A DNA stretch of 64,000 nucleotides, from the NCBI GenBank assembly GCA_017654855.1, contig CM030332.1:4030001-4094000 (forward strand), written 5' to 3'. The notes beneath the pieces were generated by a model. It did no database searches, was not told the DNA's origin, and saw nothing but the letters and a program-made list of their open reading frames with translations. Below are positions 1 to 12,387 of the stretch, piece by piece. The stretch's first letter is position 1; every line of letters starts with the position of its first letter. The stretch comes from Podospora anserina. Taxonomy: Eukaryota. The position numbers were made by a program, and so were the translations under genes.

Positions 1-352
1 TGGGGGTTTGTTTAAGAAAGGACCCAGCAGCGTTGCCAGCACCGCGCCTTCCGACCGCATCGACCCGAGATCTAGCATCGGCGACTTTGAAGACTTGGGG
101 GATGAAGCGATGGGGGTTTTGGCTGGGGTGTTGGGGAAGAGTTATGAGTGTAGTAGTCCTGGGTTGGGACCTACGTCTGCTGCTGCTGCTGCGAAGGGGA
201 CGACGAAAGAAGGGGGGACGGCGGCGAGCAGGTGGTTGAGTAGTTTTGGGAAGAAGGGGAAGAAGAATAATGAGAATACCAAGGAGAGTTTTGATTTGGA
301 GAGGGCGCATGTGGGGGGTGAGTTGGATGGGTTGGTTGAGGAGAAGGTGTAA
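1..352 (+). CDS. 3' end of a gene entering from the left (unknown product)
   Basis: Open frame from the window edge to TAA at 350-352, with the G-rich 3' codon usage of the other genes here. No recognisable domain. Confidence 0.55.
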   Translation, partial: GGLFKKGPSSVASTAPSDRIDPRSSIGDFEDLGDEAMGVLAGVLGKSYECSSPGLGPTSAAAAAKGTTKEGGTAASRWLSSFGKKGKKNNENTKESFDLERAHVGGELDGLVEEKV

Positions 353-411
353 AAATGGTGCATACTGGCTAAGAGGATAGGGGAAGATGCGACAACCTGG
401 GTTGTAGAATA

Positions 412-413
<2 letters not shown>

Positions 414-449
<36 letters not shown>
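414..449. repeat. (TG)n microsatellite
   Basis: Near-perfect TG dinucleotide run. Confidence 0.95.
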
Positions 450-1060
450 GAATAGCTTTTGGTTGGTACTGCTGCTGTTCTGTCATAGCGGGGTTGAATA
501 TCATGTTGTTGAGGATGGTTGTTTAGGGTATGACTGAAGACTGCCTTCAAAATGTGACAAGCTGTCTTTCTATGATGACGGGAAAATCAGAAAGCTCGCT
601 GGCATGTACACTTTATTTTTGGTTTTGGCCAGATGTTTAAGTTGATATATAAACCGTGAAAGGGAAGATCTTGATGGGATAAGGAATGAGCAGGTGATGG
701 GTTAGGGGAGGAGCAGGTGTTGGTGTAAGTATGAGGGTTAGGGTTATATAGTGGCTGAAGCTTAACCCCTGTTGATGGGTGGTTGTGGCTGCAGTTTTGG
801 AGCTTGTTTGAGCAAGTTGGAGTGGGTGAGTGGTTCGAGCGTTCGACTTGGTGGTGGTTCGTCAAGGTTGCGCAGGGAAATACAAGTTCGAAGAAAACAC
901 CAATTCTCTGCAGTTTGATCTTTTTTTGTTTTTGCCAATTCACAGGGGATCTTGCCCCATAATAAGAGAACACAAGTATTTCAACTGCTGTACCGACCGT
1001 CTGACCCCTCAATCGCCAGAACCTTGACCTCTATCGAGCTCGACCCTCAACAACCCCCCC

Positions 1061-1646
1061 ATGGCAACAATGAGCGCCTCCTCATCATCATCCTCCTCCT
1101 CCTCCTCCTCCTCCTCCTCCTCCCCAGCAGCAGCAAAAGCCAGACCGATCCCCTCGCGGAACCCGCTACCGCTGTCGGCGTCGCAGGAGGCGCAGGTGAG
1201 GGATGTGTTTTATGCCCGGGTGAGGGCGAAGTGCGGGCCTGAGATTAAAGGTATTTCCCCCCCCCCCTTCTCGCCAGTACCTCGCTAACCCCCTCCCAGC
1301 ATTTGCAGACTGCGCCCAAGGCCGCACCTTCTCCGCGCCTTTTCTCTGCCGCGGACCCCTCCACGTGATGAACAACTGCATGAAGATCCACGCCACGCCC
1401 GAGGAACAGGACGCCGCGAGGGAGGAGTGGTTTGAGAAGCGGGTGGAGAGACAAAAGGAAAAGGAGAGGAAGGCGAGGAGGAAGCTGGAGCAGGAGAAGT
1501 TTTTGAGGGAGTGGTGGGGTTTGCCGGAGAAGGATAGGGAGATTGCGAGGAGAGAGATGGAGAAGTTGGAACGGCCGGAGAGGATAGGGGGGTTTGTGAG
1601 TGAGAGGAGGAAGAGGTTTGGGGAAGAGGGGGGGGAGGGGAGGTGA
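1061..1646 (+). CDS. CMC1: Cmc1-family twin CX9C mitochondrial COX assembly protein
   Basis: Exons 1061-1250 and 1300-1646 (GTATTT...GCTAAC...CAG intron). The spliced product has CGPEIKAFADC and CRGPLHVMNNC (twin CX9C), an upstream PLSASQEAQVR segment and a charged tail. Confidence 0.8.
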
Positions 1647-2577
1647 TGGTGGGGGGGTTTGTGATATGGAATGGTGGCCATGGAAGAAGGCAAGCGTACG
1701 CGAGGGACTTGTAATATATGGAATGAGCATGATACCAGACACGATGGGGATATCAGAGGGGTTCGGTCTGGCAAAGGGCGTTTTTATGGGTTTGATATCG
1801 CATGGTAGGGAAGGGGGGGCTGCGCAGGTCGAAACACAACTCTGTACAAATTTCAAGTGGATTGGGATGTCAAATTCAAGATCCGCCATGTGCGAAATGG
1901 AGGGTGTGCTGGTGGTCGGTCAGTTTCGACGGTCATCAGCTGAGCTTATGGAACTGGTGAACGTGATGGTTTCAGAAAACGAAAGCAATGGTATCTATCA
2001 GGCTCTACCGTGGCGAGGCTCTTTGGTTTAGCTCTCATGTCGTCTTGGACACCGAACCAATTATCGATTTGAGCGTAAAAGGGTTCTTGGAGAACATTGC
2101 CTTAAAACACGATTTAGCCAGTGAACTCTTCCGTAGATATTTGACCATCTGAGTCCTGGGATATGAGTAAGCGGTAGCCCCAAGTGGTTAGGGGATTCTC
2201 CTTGGCTATTAGGCACCCCTTCTAGTCATGGTTGTCATGGTCGCATTCGGAGTCTTTATAAGCAGATGGTTATATTACCAACACTTTTTCAGTCTCTCTA
2301 TGGTAACATCAAGATCACCGCGGGAGTGGCTTCCAGCCCTACTCACGTCGACCTTTTACAGCCATTGCTGCGAAGCGACTTCAACTTGCTCGGGTGGTTG
2401 TGCATCCGATATTCTGATGATGAGCCAAGAGAGGAAGGCTGATTACATGGAAAAGCTTGATAGCCATCAGATGAGATGTATAAGACCCAGCCTCTTTCTC
2501 ACATTACTTTCCTAGAAATCTTAGTGACCTCAGCAGAAAACAGACCACAAGCCTCAAGGAGAACTCGACCCGCAACC

Positions 2578-3095
2578 ATGGTCTTGCCATCACTCCTCCT
2601 CACAGCCATGCTCGGTCTATTCACCGCCACTGCCTCCGCCCAGCAGTTCCTAGGCATTGTCGAGACCAACCCGACCTACTTCGACAGTAGAAACTGCTAC
2701 GATGGCGCCAAGTCATATTCCATCGTCAACTTCGGTACCCAACACGCCCCTGCTGTGGGCTCGTCCTGTACCGGTAAAGGCACCGTCCTCTCCACCGTCC
2801 GCGGGTTGGACAGCAAGTTGGACACGTCTTGCACGGACGGCAAGTGGACGAATGGGTACAAGGTGTGCGTTGTTATTGGCGGTGTAATCACTATACGCGA
2901 TGCGAGTGGGAGGTCGCAGCTTTGCTCTTCGGATGATACTACTATCTATAATTGTTGGTTTTTTTCCTTCTTTTTCCTCTTGCTGTTTCTCATGCCCGTA
3001 TGGATCATGCTGACCTTGTTTTAGGCCCGGATGTTCCGCCAGCATGCTGGACTAACAAGGTGAGGAAGTATCAGTGTGTTGGGTTTTGGATGTGA
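2578..3095 (+). CDS. Small secreted cysteine-rich protein (~148 aa, 8 Cys)
   Basis: Signal peptide MVLPSLLLTAMLGLFTATASA. Phase-1 intron 2954-3024 (GTTGGT...CTGAC...TAG). Last exon reads CPDVPPACWTNKVRKYQCVGFWM-stop. Confidence 0.8.
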
Positions 3096-3362
3096 TGAGT
3101 TTAAGAAGAGGAGGGAGAATGGATGGAGGATTGTCGTGCTGCGGTTTTCTTGTCTTTGTAATTTCAACTGACTACCTACGGTCGTATGTAATAAACCTGG
3201 GCCGAATGAGGTTTAATCACATGCCATGGTGCCTTGGTAGTGCCGCCAACTTCGTACTCTGAACGCTCGTCTTCTCAAAAAGAAGGGGTCAAAAGGCAAA
3301 AAAAAAAAAAAAAAAGTAAACCACCCCTCTATCTCCACCCCTTGCCCCTTAGAAGGCTGCCA

Positions 3363-3579
3363 TCAAACCCAATTTCCCGAGCACTTGTACCTTCTCTTCC
3401 TGGTAACCCAGCACGACGGAAAACTGGAGGGGCCTAACACGAGATTTTTTTTTCTCATCAGTCTAGGAGCTGCCACTCACGGAATATTGGGGGTTGGTCT
3501 CGATGATGGCGAGCATTTGGGCGGAGGTGAGGACGGGGGTGAGGGCGAGGGTGGTGAGGAGGGTGGTTGGGGAGACCAT
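3363..3579 (-). pseudogene. Internally deleted paralog of the adjacent secreted Cys-rich gene
   Basis: Reverse strand reads MVSPTTLLTTLALTPVLTSAQMLAIIETNPQYS, then a GTGAGT...TAG intron (3480-3434), then (C)PSSFPSCWVTRKRRYKCSGNWV-stop. Both ends match the neighbour, the middle is missing, and the splice phases do not match. Confidence 0.7.
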
Positions 3580-4389
3580 TTTGGGTAGCTGGTTCGGAAC
3601 GAAGGTTGGTGTTGACAAATGTGTGGATGTTGAGACTGGGGAGATATTGTGGGAAGACCTGAGGGAGGTGAGAGTTTATGTAGACATCTTATGTTCAGGG
3701 CAGTGCCATGATGAATCTTCTTGTAGCAAGTTTTCCTTCTTTGGTGTTCACCATGTTCAAGATCACACGAGCACTGAAGACTGAGAAACTGATGCCATTG
3801 CAATTGTGATATCACAGAAGGCGCTGTTGTTGAATGGGGTTGGGACGGTCATGGTGATAGGACTTGAACTTTTACGAATAGCCCGAACAAGATGTGAATA
3901 CGAAGTGATGGCTCTTGTAAAGCGGTGCCTGAAAGCTAACGAGGATGTCAAGCCACCAGGAGCTACGGCATACTCCAGATCACACCCACGACAACTACGG
4001 TAGGTAAGTAAATGCTCACCGCCTAAATTGTATATTACAGGGCATCCTTTTGGATTTCCCGTATTCAGAGGCTCTAAGTTTATGGTTTGGTCCCATGATG
4101 ACCTGAATGGTAAGACAGCTCGAAAACTTTGGGCAGGGTCTTGCCTGATCTTTTCGTGCGGCGGTCAAGTCCATGGTTCAACTGAGAATGATTATAACTC
4201 TGAAGACTTGGAAACAAATCTCAGTATCGGGCAAGAAGGAGCGTTAAATCAAGGTCATGGACAGTATCCCACAGCGTGGTGGTTGTTGTCTTGTCTAAGT
4301 AAGGTACATTAGCTATGCAGTCAACTGGCGAGCATATCGTGAGGTACAGTCCCTACACCGTATATACCCCAGGTTAGTCGATCTCTGTC

Positions 4390-4508
4390 ACATACGACCA
4401 CAGTCAGCTGAAAATACGGCATCCCGTCCGCTCTGCCCTCGTCAAACAGCTGAACGCCGAACTAGTACTCAGGTGGGTGACCACTGGGGAATCCTCGGTG
4501 TTGTATGT
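4390..4508 (+). rRNA. 5S rRNA gene (dispersed copy 1)
   Basis: 119 nt ACATACGACC...CATCCCGTCCGCTCTG...AGTACT...GTTGTATGT with complementary ends, a downstream T-run terminator and TATA at about -29 (4361). Confidence 0.97.
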
Positions 4509-4588
4509 TATTTTTTGCGTCTTGTTCTCCACACATAAATACGAGACGACATAGGTATCCTTCCCTTCTCCTTTATAACCACCAACCC

Positions 4589-5818
4589 TCAAATCTTACT
4601 CTCCCCCCTCAACCCCCTAAAATACCCCTCCACCCCCTCCACCACCCTCTCGGCCACCCCCCAAGAAAGCTCATATCCCCTCCCCCCCAACCCATAAGCA
4701 TGCATCACAAACCCCTTCCCTCCTTCCAGCATCTCCCCCTCAATCCTCGGCCCACCCCTCCTACTAGGCCGTCGTCCAACAATATCCCCCATGACGGTAA
4801 ACTCCCCCTTCCCATTTAGTATCCGAGGACACGTCCCCTTGAACATCTCCAACAGTTTTTCTCTTGTCTCCGGCCTGGGTTCCACCCCCCAATCATCAAC
4901 CTCCTTCGTCCCCCCAATCACCGTCCCCCCTTCAAACCCCCTCGGCACGCAGAAAGTCCACGAACCGTCGGCATTTTGTCGGGTGACGGTAGCGTCGCAC
5001 TCTTCCGCGACGAGAACTGTCTGCCCCCGTGTGATAAACATATTTTCATCCCCCCCGAACCCGAACCCGGAGGCGTTAACCACGGCGTCTACCCCCCCGT
5101 TTTTTAGGGAAGGGGTTGATCTCTCCGACAGAGCGAAAACCTCCACCGGGGACCTCAGCGCATGTTTCAGCACCCTCCCCCCTCGGTGAACAAACCTCCT
5201 CAGCAGAAAAGATAAGTAAACCATTGGGTTGACGCAGTAGGTCTCGTACTCGCACCCCCATTTCACTTTCTGGTCGGGGAATTCCGACTGGGGGAGGAGG
5301 CGGAATCCAGGGAGTTGGAGGGATGCTGCGGTGGCGGGGGTGAGGGATAAGTACTCTGGTCCCGGGGATTCGAGGTATTCGACTCCTTTGAGGAAGGTTA
5401 TCCCCGCGGTGGTTGGGTGGGATGCAAAGAGGGACTTCATGTGGGAGAAGGTGGTGATGGAGAGGGGGTGTTCGAATACTGCTTGGGGGTTTGAGGGGTG
5501 GGGTGGGACCCAGCGGTTGTCTTTTCATGTTTAGTATCGTGGTGGATGGAAGGGGGGAAAGGAAAGGGGAAAACATACGGGCGCCGCCCCAGGGGGAGGT
5601 GTAGTTGATCTGGGTGATTGGGTCGATTGTCTCAAACGGGGCGGGGAAGTCTTTTGCGATGATTGTGACTCGGTGGCCGGCGCGGAGGAGGAGGAGGGCG
5701 GAGGAGATGCCGGTTACGCCGGAGCTATGTAGTGGATGTGTTAGTGAGGTGAGGTGAAAAAAACAAAATGTGGTGTGGGATGGGAGACGTACCCGATGAC
5801 GGCGATGTGTCTTGCCAT
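4589..5818 (-). CDS. D-amino-acid oxidase family FAD-dependent oxidoreductase
   Basis: Spliced N-terminus MARHIAVIGSGVTG (GxGxxG; intron 5792-5725). Also TSPWGGAH, ITRGQTVLV, VGRRPSR and HAYGLGGRGYELSWG motifs. Ends SKI. Confidence 0.92.
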
Positions 5819-6796
5819 GGTTGTGAGTTTTGATCAGTAGGGTAAGTAATTCGAGCAACTGTGTATAGTAGTAGCCCCTAAAGACTGAACGAAATTGAGA
5901 AGAATAACGATAAAAAAGAAAAAAAAAAGAAAAAAAAAAGGGCTCGATCAGAACAATATATACTTCTGTTGTCCAACACCCAAGTCTCATACAAACAAAG
6001 GCTGCGCGAAATGTCAGCCAAACAGTCTGCCTTGGTCAATATATCGATAAGCGGAAAGTTCCTCTGCAGAATCAACGATAGATACATCGGCTTTGCCAGA
6101 GACACAACAATCCAAACGGAAATCCAAGAATACGGCGAACAATAACTTGGTCACATTGCATATTGCATTAGTCCAATCTCTTCCAATTCCCAATAGCCAT
6201 CACCATCGGGGTTAATGCTCCGTGACCGATATTCGGCTCGGCCCCGCCTGAACTCGGCCAACCCCACTCGGCAGCCGCCCGGTTTCCGCCGGATGATCGG
6301 CATCTCTATACTCATTATAAACATAATCACCAGCAAAAGAACAAAACTATGCTTTTGTAATCTTCTCCTTCGGAAGCCGCACCTCTATCCGCGAGGCCCT
6401 TCCAAGATAGATTTATACTCGTCCGTTAAATCGTGAAACCGTCGAGGCATGCTGGCTAACCACCACACATAAAAGACCTGTATCAAAAACTCGCTGACCC
6501 AAAACGTTGCCGATGTGTTTGACCAAAAAAAAAGGGGGCGAAATGAAAAGAAAAGATCCTCCAACTTTATTTTTTATTTTTTAAAAAGCAAAGCAATCTC
6601 TTCTTTCCCATTCTCTCGCCTCTTGGAGCGAAAAAAAGGCCAAGTCACTGAAACGTTGCCGCACGTCGTGGACAAAAACCCCCCCCAAAAAAAAACAAAA
6701 AAAAAAAAACAAAAAAAAAATCCGGAAGACGCCGCTTGGAACGAGGGTCCTCAATGCTAAGTGACAACAGCCATTTCGCCTTGCGCTCAAAGTCCA

Positions 6797-8682
6797 TCAT
6801 CTTGCCCACGGCGAACTGCGATATGGGCCATCAATCTTCAGGTCCTTGATTCCTTGAGGCATGGAACGGAGCCACTCCGCCCAGCTCTCCATGTTAAACG
6901 TATTATCGTCCGATATTTGAAACGTCAGACTGAGTTGTGAGGTTCCGGCGGCCGGGGAGTCCGGGGTATAAGGCGAGGGTGTTAGGTCTCCCGGTTGCCG
7001 CGCCACCAACGGAGCCAAAAGAATGGATGGCAACACCTTGTTGCCGGATAGCTGTACAAACAGCGGGGTGGGAAACGATGTGATGATTTCCTGGTTCTGT
7101 TCCCGTACCAAACTTGGGTATACTGAAACCAGCTTGGCGTGAAGTTCGCTTGCAGAATAGGCTTCTTTGAACTTGTGAACGGCCCTTGTCTTCAGCTGTT
7201 CCGTTAAGGCCCGGGTGAAGGCGCTCCGACCCAAAAGTTTGGCGTGGTCTTCACCAGCAGAGGCAGCGATTAACTCGAGGATTCCTTGCCGGCGTACTGT
7301 TTGATAGAGCGGATAGTACGCACAATCCAGGAGAATTAGGGCATCAGAACAGATATTTTCAAACATCCCTTGGATCATCTTCCATGGAATATCCGAGCCG
7401 GGTGTTGCTTTCTTGGAACTGATTATTCGGTCAGCTGATACCTTGACCAGCACTAAATCCGACAAAAAAAAATACAAACCTGGAGATCATGGTGTCCCGG
7501 TCCTCTCCCAAGTAGCTATGCCCGCTGTAGTAGAAAATCTTCAAAGTGTCCCGTTGGTTGTGGCTGGTAACAAACGTGTTTACTTCCCTGTTCAGCCACA
7601 AATAGGAGCTGTTGCTAGGGTCTCCCGACGTCGGAATGTTCTTGATGGTGACCGAGTAGTTGTAATCGTCCGTGAGCACCCTGGCCAGTTCCTCAATATC
7701 GTTCTTGGATCCATCGGCATCTTCAATGTCGTCCTGCCACCGGACAAGCATGGTTGAAACGCTGGCATATCGACTGCGAAGAGGGCTTGCCAGGATCCGA
7801 GATGCGCTTCCTTGAAGATCAACTCTGAAGGACTCCAAACCAGCCACCGGAATCAGACTTGTTGGCCTCTCCGGCCGGGGCCCAGATGGTAGCGGCGTTC
7901 TAATCCGAGAATCATTTGGGTTCATCTGGTTGAGCCGCTCATGGAAGTTGGGGATCTGTACCATGTCCTCAGGTTCCTGAGTCAGCAGAGACTGGAACTT
8001 TGACATGGCCGGACTCAGTGGGCGTCCATTGGCACTTTGTGACGACGAGCCATTCCCGAATTTTTTGGCAAGCGCAGCCCAGGTCGTATTGTGATGGCTA
8101 GGATGGCACTAGATACGCGTGTAAGTAGGTGGCGTTCTGACTTTGGTGTTTGCTCGTATGAACTTGGCAGCAACTCACAGCAACTCGTCTTCGTTTACAG
8201 TCCCCGCATGCACCCATCTTACGGATGAGCGAGGCCTTCTCCCGCTGCTCGGGGTTCAAGGGCCCCGTTCGACGGCGACTGGCCCTGCGCTGGGCCGTGA
8301 CGTCTGCCCCATCCCTCGCGGAAAAGACAGCTTGTGCAGCAGCTTGAGCGGTGGTGGCAAGACTAGGTGATGAAGGCGTATGCGCCTCCAAGCTGTAAGG
8401 CGTAGGCGTCGTCCCTCCAGTGGCTAGCGACGCCAGGGAGGCTACTGTGGTTGTTGAAGAAGTGGTATTCTGCCTCATGGGCGAGCCGCCCTCATGTTGT
8501 CGGCCATAGTCCCCGCCGCCATTTACCAGGCCGCCGGTGCCGGCGACCGGACTTCCGGGTGGTGGCTGTTGATGCTGTGGATGGTGTAGCTGCTGCTGCT
8601 GCTGCTGCTGATGGGGTTGCTGCTGTTGCGCTCGACCATCATCTTCCTTCTGAGGAGGCTCGTCCAAGTTGAGAGCCTGCAT
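6797..8682 (-). CDS. Cys/His zinc-finger plus caspase-like (peptidase C14-type fold) protein, ~584 aa
   Basis: Exons 8682-8179, 8108-7480 and 7418-6797 join in frame. Contains RKMGACGDCKRRRVACHPSHH, then KIFYYSGHS and DALILLDCAY motifs. Confidence 0.75.
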
Positions 8683-9317
8683 ACTTACATGATCAAGTCC
8701 GGCCGTTAGAACATCAGACTCCTTTTTGCCCGGTTGCTCAATCCTCGGGCGGTCCGCACACCCCACTCACACCTTTGAGGATGGTGGCTATTCTAGAAGA
8801 TTGACCCAAAAGCAAGCCCAGCGGCGGTTGTGAGAGGGCCGACGGAGAGCCCAAAGAAAGGCAATCGGGGTCCGGGGGAACAATAGGCCTCGGTGTACAG
8901 CACAGGGACCGTGAATATAGAGGTAAAAGAACGGTGAGTCCCCCTGGCAGAGGAGAGGTTCGATGACCCACAGACACAGACGGTGTCGTCGGGCGGCGGC
9001 GGTGGAAGTAAAACCCTGGGCTAGAGGGACCGGTTGCACTTTGAAGACACTCCAAGTCGGCGCCAGTAGCTTTTACCGAGCAACGTTGCGGCGTTGTGGA
9101 TGGGGGAGCTCGGTGTCGTGCTTCAGCAAGGAGGTCTTGTGGTGTAGCGCCGAGGCCGGAGATAGTGGGAACCAGAGCCAGGATGAACTCGTTTGGTGTT
9201 TTTGCGGGGGACGGGGGATGTCGGTTTGGATGGAGGTGTGGCTGAGGAAATGATATACAAAATAGCTATAGAGAAGACCACTGCACTGCGCAATACAGAA
9301 GAGTCTGTCTGTCTGGT

Positions 9318-9333
9318 CAGCAGCATTAGCATT

Positions 9334-9365
<32 letters not shown>

Positions 9366-9366
9366 C
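9318..9366. repeat. (CAG)n microsatellite, non-coding
   Basis: AGC/CAG trinucleotide run with ATT interruptions. Confidence 0.9.
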
Positions 9367-12300
9367 GATGGCAGCAGTGGGGACCCCAAGCATAAAGTCG
9401 ATGGTACCATCTGCACCAGAAACAGCTGGACTCGAGTCCTCGAGTTATGAGCTGGGTCTCCAATCATGGGCGGACCGGGGGAATTAATTTTGCAGACAGG
9501 CGCGATACGCTGACGCTGGTTGCTGCTGCTGGAAGCTCTCATTCGGCTGCAAAAATGTCACCACGTTTTTTTTTTCGGTGGTGGTCTAGTCCCTGTAGGT
9601 CAGGTAACTCTGTAGATTGTCACAATTGTCCACCTCACACCGCAGACCGGCCAATGGCACCGTTGGTCTAGATGGACCAAAACCACCTAGCTTCCAGCTC
9701 CAGCTCCTTGTCGTGCCAGACGAGAGAGACCGTCACTGTTCAAGATGCCGAGTTGTCGCCAGAAAGACGACGGCGCCGGATGGCCGACTTCACCGGGTCA
9801 TACCGTCCATGCCGCTAGCCTCACCGCAATTGGGCGCATCCGATAGGCTACTACCCATGTTCCCCGTGGGCGGGCGTCCACTAGCCTACCATTGCCGTCT
9901 CAGTCTTCCCCACGCTTTTCTCTTAGGTTTGTTCAAGAACAACTTTTTCTCTTTCACTTCACCTACGGTGAGGGTATTATCAGAGGATAAGTGGTGGCAG
10001 CAGCCTGTGCAACCTGGTGCCGACTCCTTCCCTATCTGTACGAGACACTTCGGCATGTCCAGATCTGTCAATCCCACATACAGCCTACCGATCCCTATCT
10101 CCCTTGGCATTGGACGCTTCCCTTCTTGCATCAAATTCCCGCCTTACATTCTCATCCATCGTGGCCCCTTCTCGACGTCGGTAGGTCCAAAATTCACATG
10201 GTTTTTCCACCCTATCATATCCTCCTCGGGGCCTGTCTCTTTCCAGCCGGCCACTACCTTTCCCCACGCTTCCTCACTGGTGCGCCTTCATCTCTGCCTT
10301 CATGCATTGATACCTGTGATACCAAACCTCCCTTGCGCCTAGCCAATCACGGCCAATGTCCCCTTTGGGCTTTGTTATTGCTTCTGCTCCTGTCATCCAT
10401 TCACTTTCGACCTTTTCGATATCTTGCTGACACACCTCACTTGGAAGCAAAAAAAAAAAATTTAGAATAAAACAAAGCCAAAAGTGCGGCCCGCTAAAGT
10501 CTGAATCGTGCCGCTGTTGCATTCTCACTCCGCAGTTAAGTGTGCCCGCAGCCTCACCTTGCATCTGCCCTCCTCCTACGGGCCAACGCTTCCCACGACG
10601 GTCAACCCGATGATTATTGGCCCACCGCCCGCGAACTTTGCCTTTGCTTCTATGGCGCCAAGGTGTGTGTGGCTCGCAAGCTTTGGGGTGTGTCAGTCCC
10701 TATCTGGCAAGCACTTGTTCGTCCACGGTGGCGACAAGAGGGGGGACAGAAAGACAAAGACACTGACTTGACTCCCTAGTCTGTCCAATCTCGTAAGGTT
10801 ATCCCGAAAATGTGTGTGTTTACAAATCGTTACAGCATGACGAGAAGCAGTCCACAGCAGGCCGTGGTGAGGTATTTTGTCTCTGGACCGAGAATGTTCA
10901 GAGCCATTGCTCTGCCGAAACAAGACGGCCGCAATTGCACGACAGGGTCGTCAGGATCCAATCATGCGTGGTGGTCGCAATCTGCCCCAAAATATGTGTC
11001 TCCAACGTTTGCGGGGAGAGGGGGAGAGGGGGGGGGGGGAATAACACTACACCTTGAACCCACACAGGAGTTTTCGGCTGGCATTCGGCAGAATAGGGGA
11101 TCTTCATCAAGCAGTTGTGGGGGGGGGCTTATCGTTGCAGCCGATACGAGCCTTCGGGGTGAGTACGGAGCTTTTATCGGTCGTGCCATCCGCTGCCGGT
11201 TTTCTCGTCGTCAACTCGCTCTCGACGGAACAGACGGGCCATCAGGTCTTAACAATGATTCGATACACCGTAGGTGTGGATGGATGGAATCGGGACCCAA
11301 CTCGACAACAAACCCGGCCAAGAACTGCACTTCTCAATGGCTGCCCGCTGCCGGCCCTTGCCCTGTCAGTCTGTCTAGTTCGAGTGCCAGTTCGTGGTCC
11401 CGGTGTGCGTGTGCGTGTGCTTGACAGAAACACGGGGTGTGCGACGACTGTGGTGTATGGCGAGCACCCCGTTCTGAAGCTGTGGTGTGGCCAGCTTGGG
11501 ACGGGGTTGGTCAGCAAGTCGGTTAGGTAGGATGTTGCTCTGACTGCAGCTGTCTTTCTGTGAGCACGTTTATCGCCAGTGTGAGTGGTTTCCTATCCAC
11601 CTTGCCGTCGATGGGGGGGTACCTATGCAGGACGCTTGCATTCGAGGCGAGCAGTAAGCGCCAGAGGTTCGTTAAGAAGAAGCGCAATGATTGCATGTTT
11701 GCCCTTTCCAACTGTTGGGTTGGTTGGCGCGTGGCTTTGATCTATTGTTTGAGGCTCTTTCCTCGACGGGAAAGTTCTCTGACGGCTTCTTACTGAGCCC
11801 TTGGCAGCTTTGATGCCGGTTCGAAACTAGAAGCACTAGGGCCATTATTCTTCAGGCTCCTATCAAATCAGAGAGGGGTACAGCAACCTGTAAGAGCCCT
11901 GCCGCTCTGGCAAGACAAGATCCTTCACACAAAGAGACCAATAGCAGTCATATCAAACACCCAGCCTCTTACGTAGTACTTACATGGTGACTGGAATCCA
12001 TCTCAAGCCTTGATCATGACTCAGTACAAAGCCACTGAGTAGCGGCATTCCGAGTCAAAACTCGGTGGCCTATCCAAAGTTGAGAGGTCCACGACGATGA
12101 TATTCATCATCAACAACACTACATACGCCGGAAACACTCAGCAAAGCGTCCAATGACTGGGCCGAAGTGGGTTGTTTTTATGGGCTCTCGCATTACAAAA
12201 AGTGCTTGTACTCAAGCACAGAGGTGAAAGCTCGCATAGGTAGACATCCATTTCTGATGCCCTTTTTTAGCCAACAACAGCATCGTCAAACGCCATCACA

Positions 12301-12387
12301 GGTAGGCTGGCAAGGATCAGGTACAAACCCATTTCGTTCCCACTAAATAAAAATACACAAAACCAAGCTACCTATTCAAGCACATCA

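Noticed and set aside
698..747. GGGTTAGGG telomere-like hexamers / possible telomerase RNA template
   Set aside because: Only 1.5-2 units in a generally G/T-rich tract, and no other telomerase RNA element could be recognised.
2171..2255. tRNA-like D-arm (CCCC-AAGTGGTTA-GGGG)
   Set aside because: No T-arm GTTCRA and no acceptor-stem pairing.
9617..11530. Several 150-240 aa ORFs in the long intergenic region
   Set aside because: Mostly non-ATG starts, no motifs, overlapping frames and no gene-like codon pattern.
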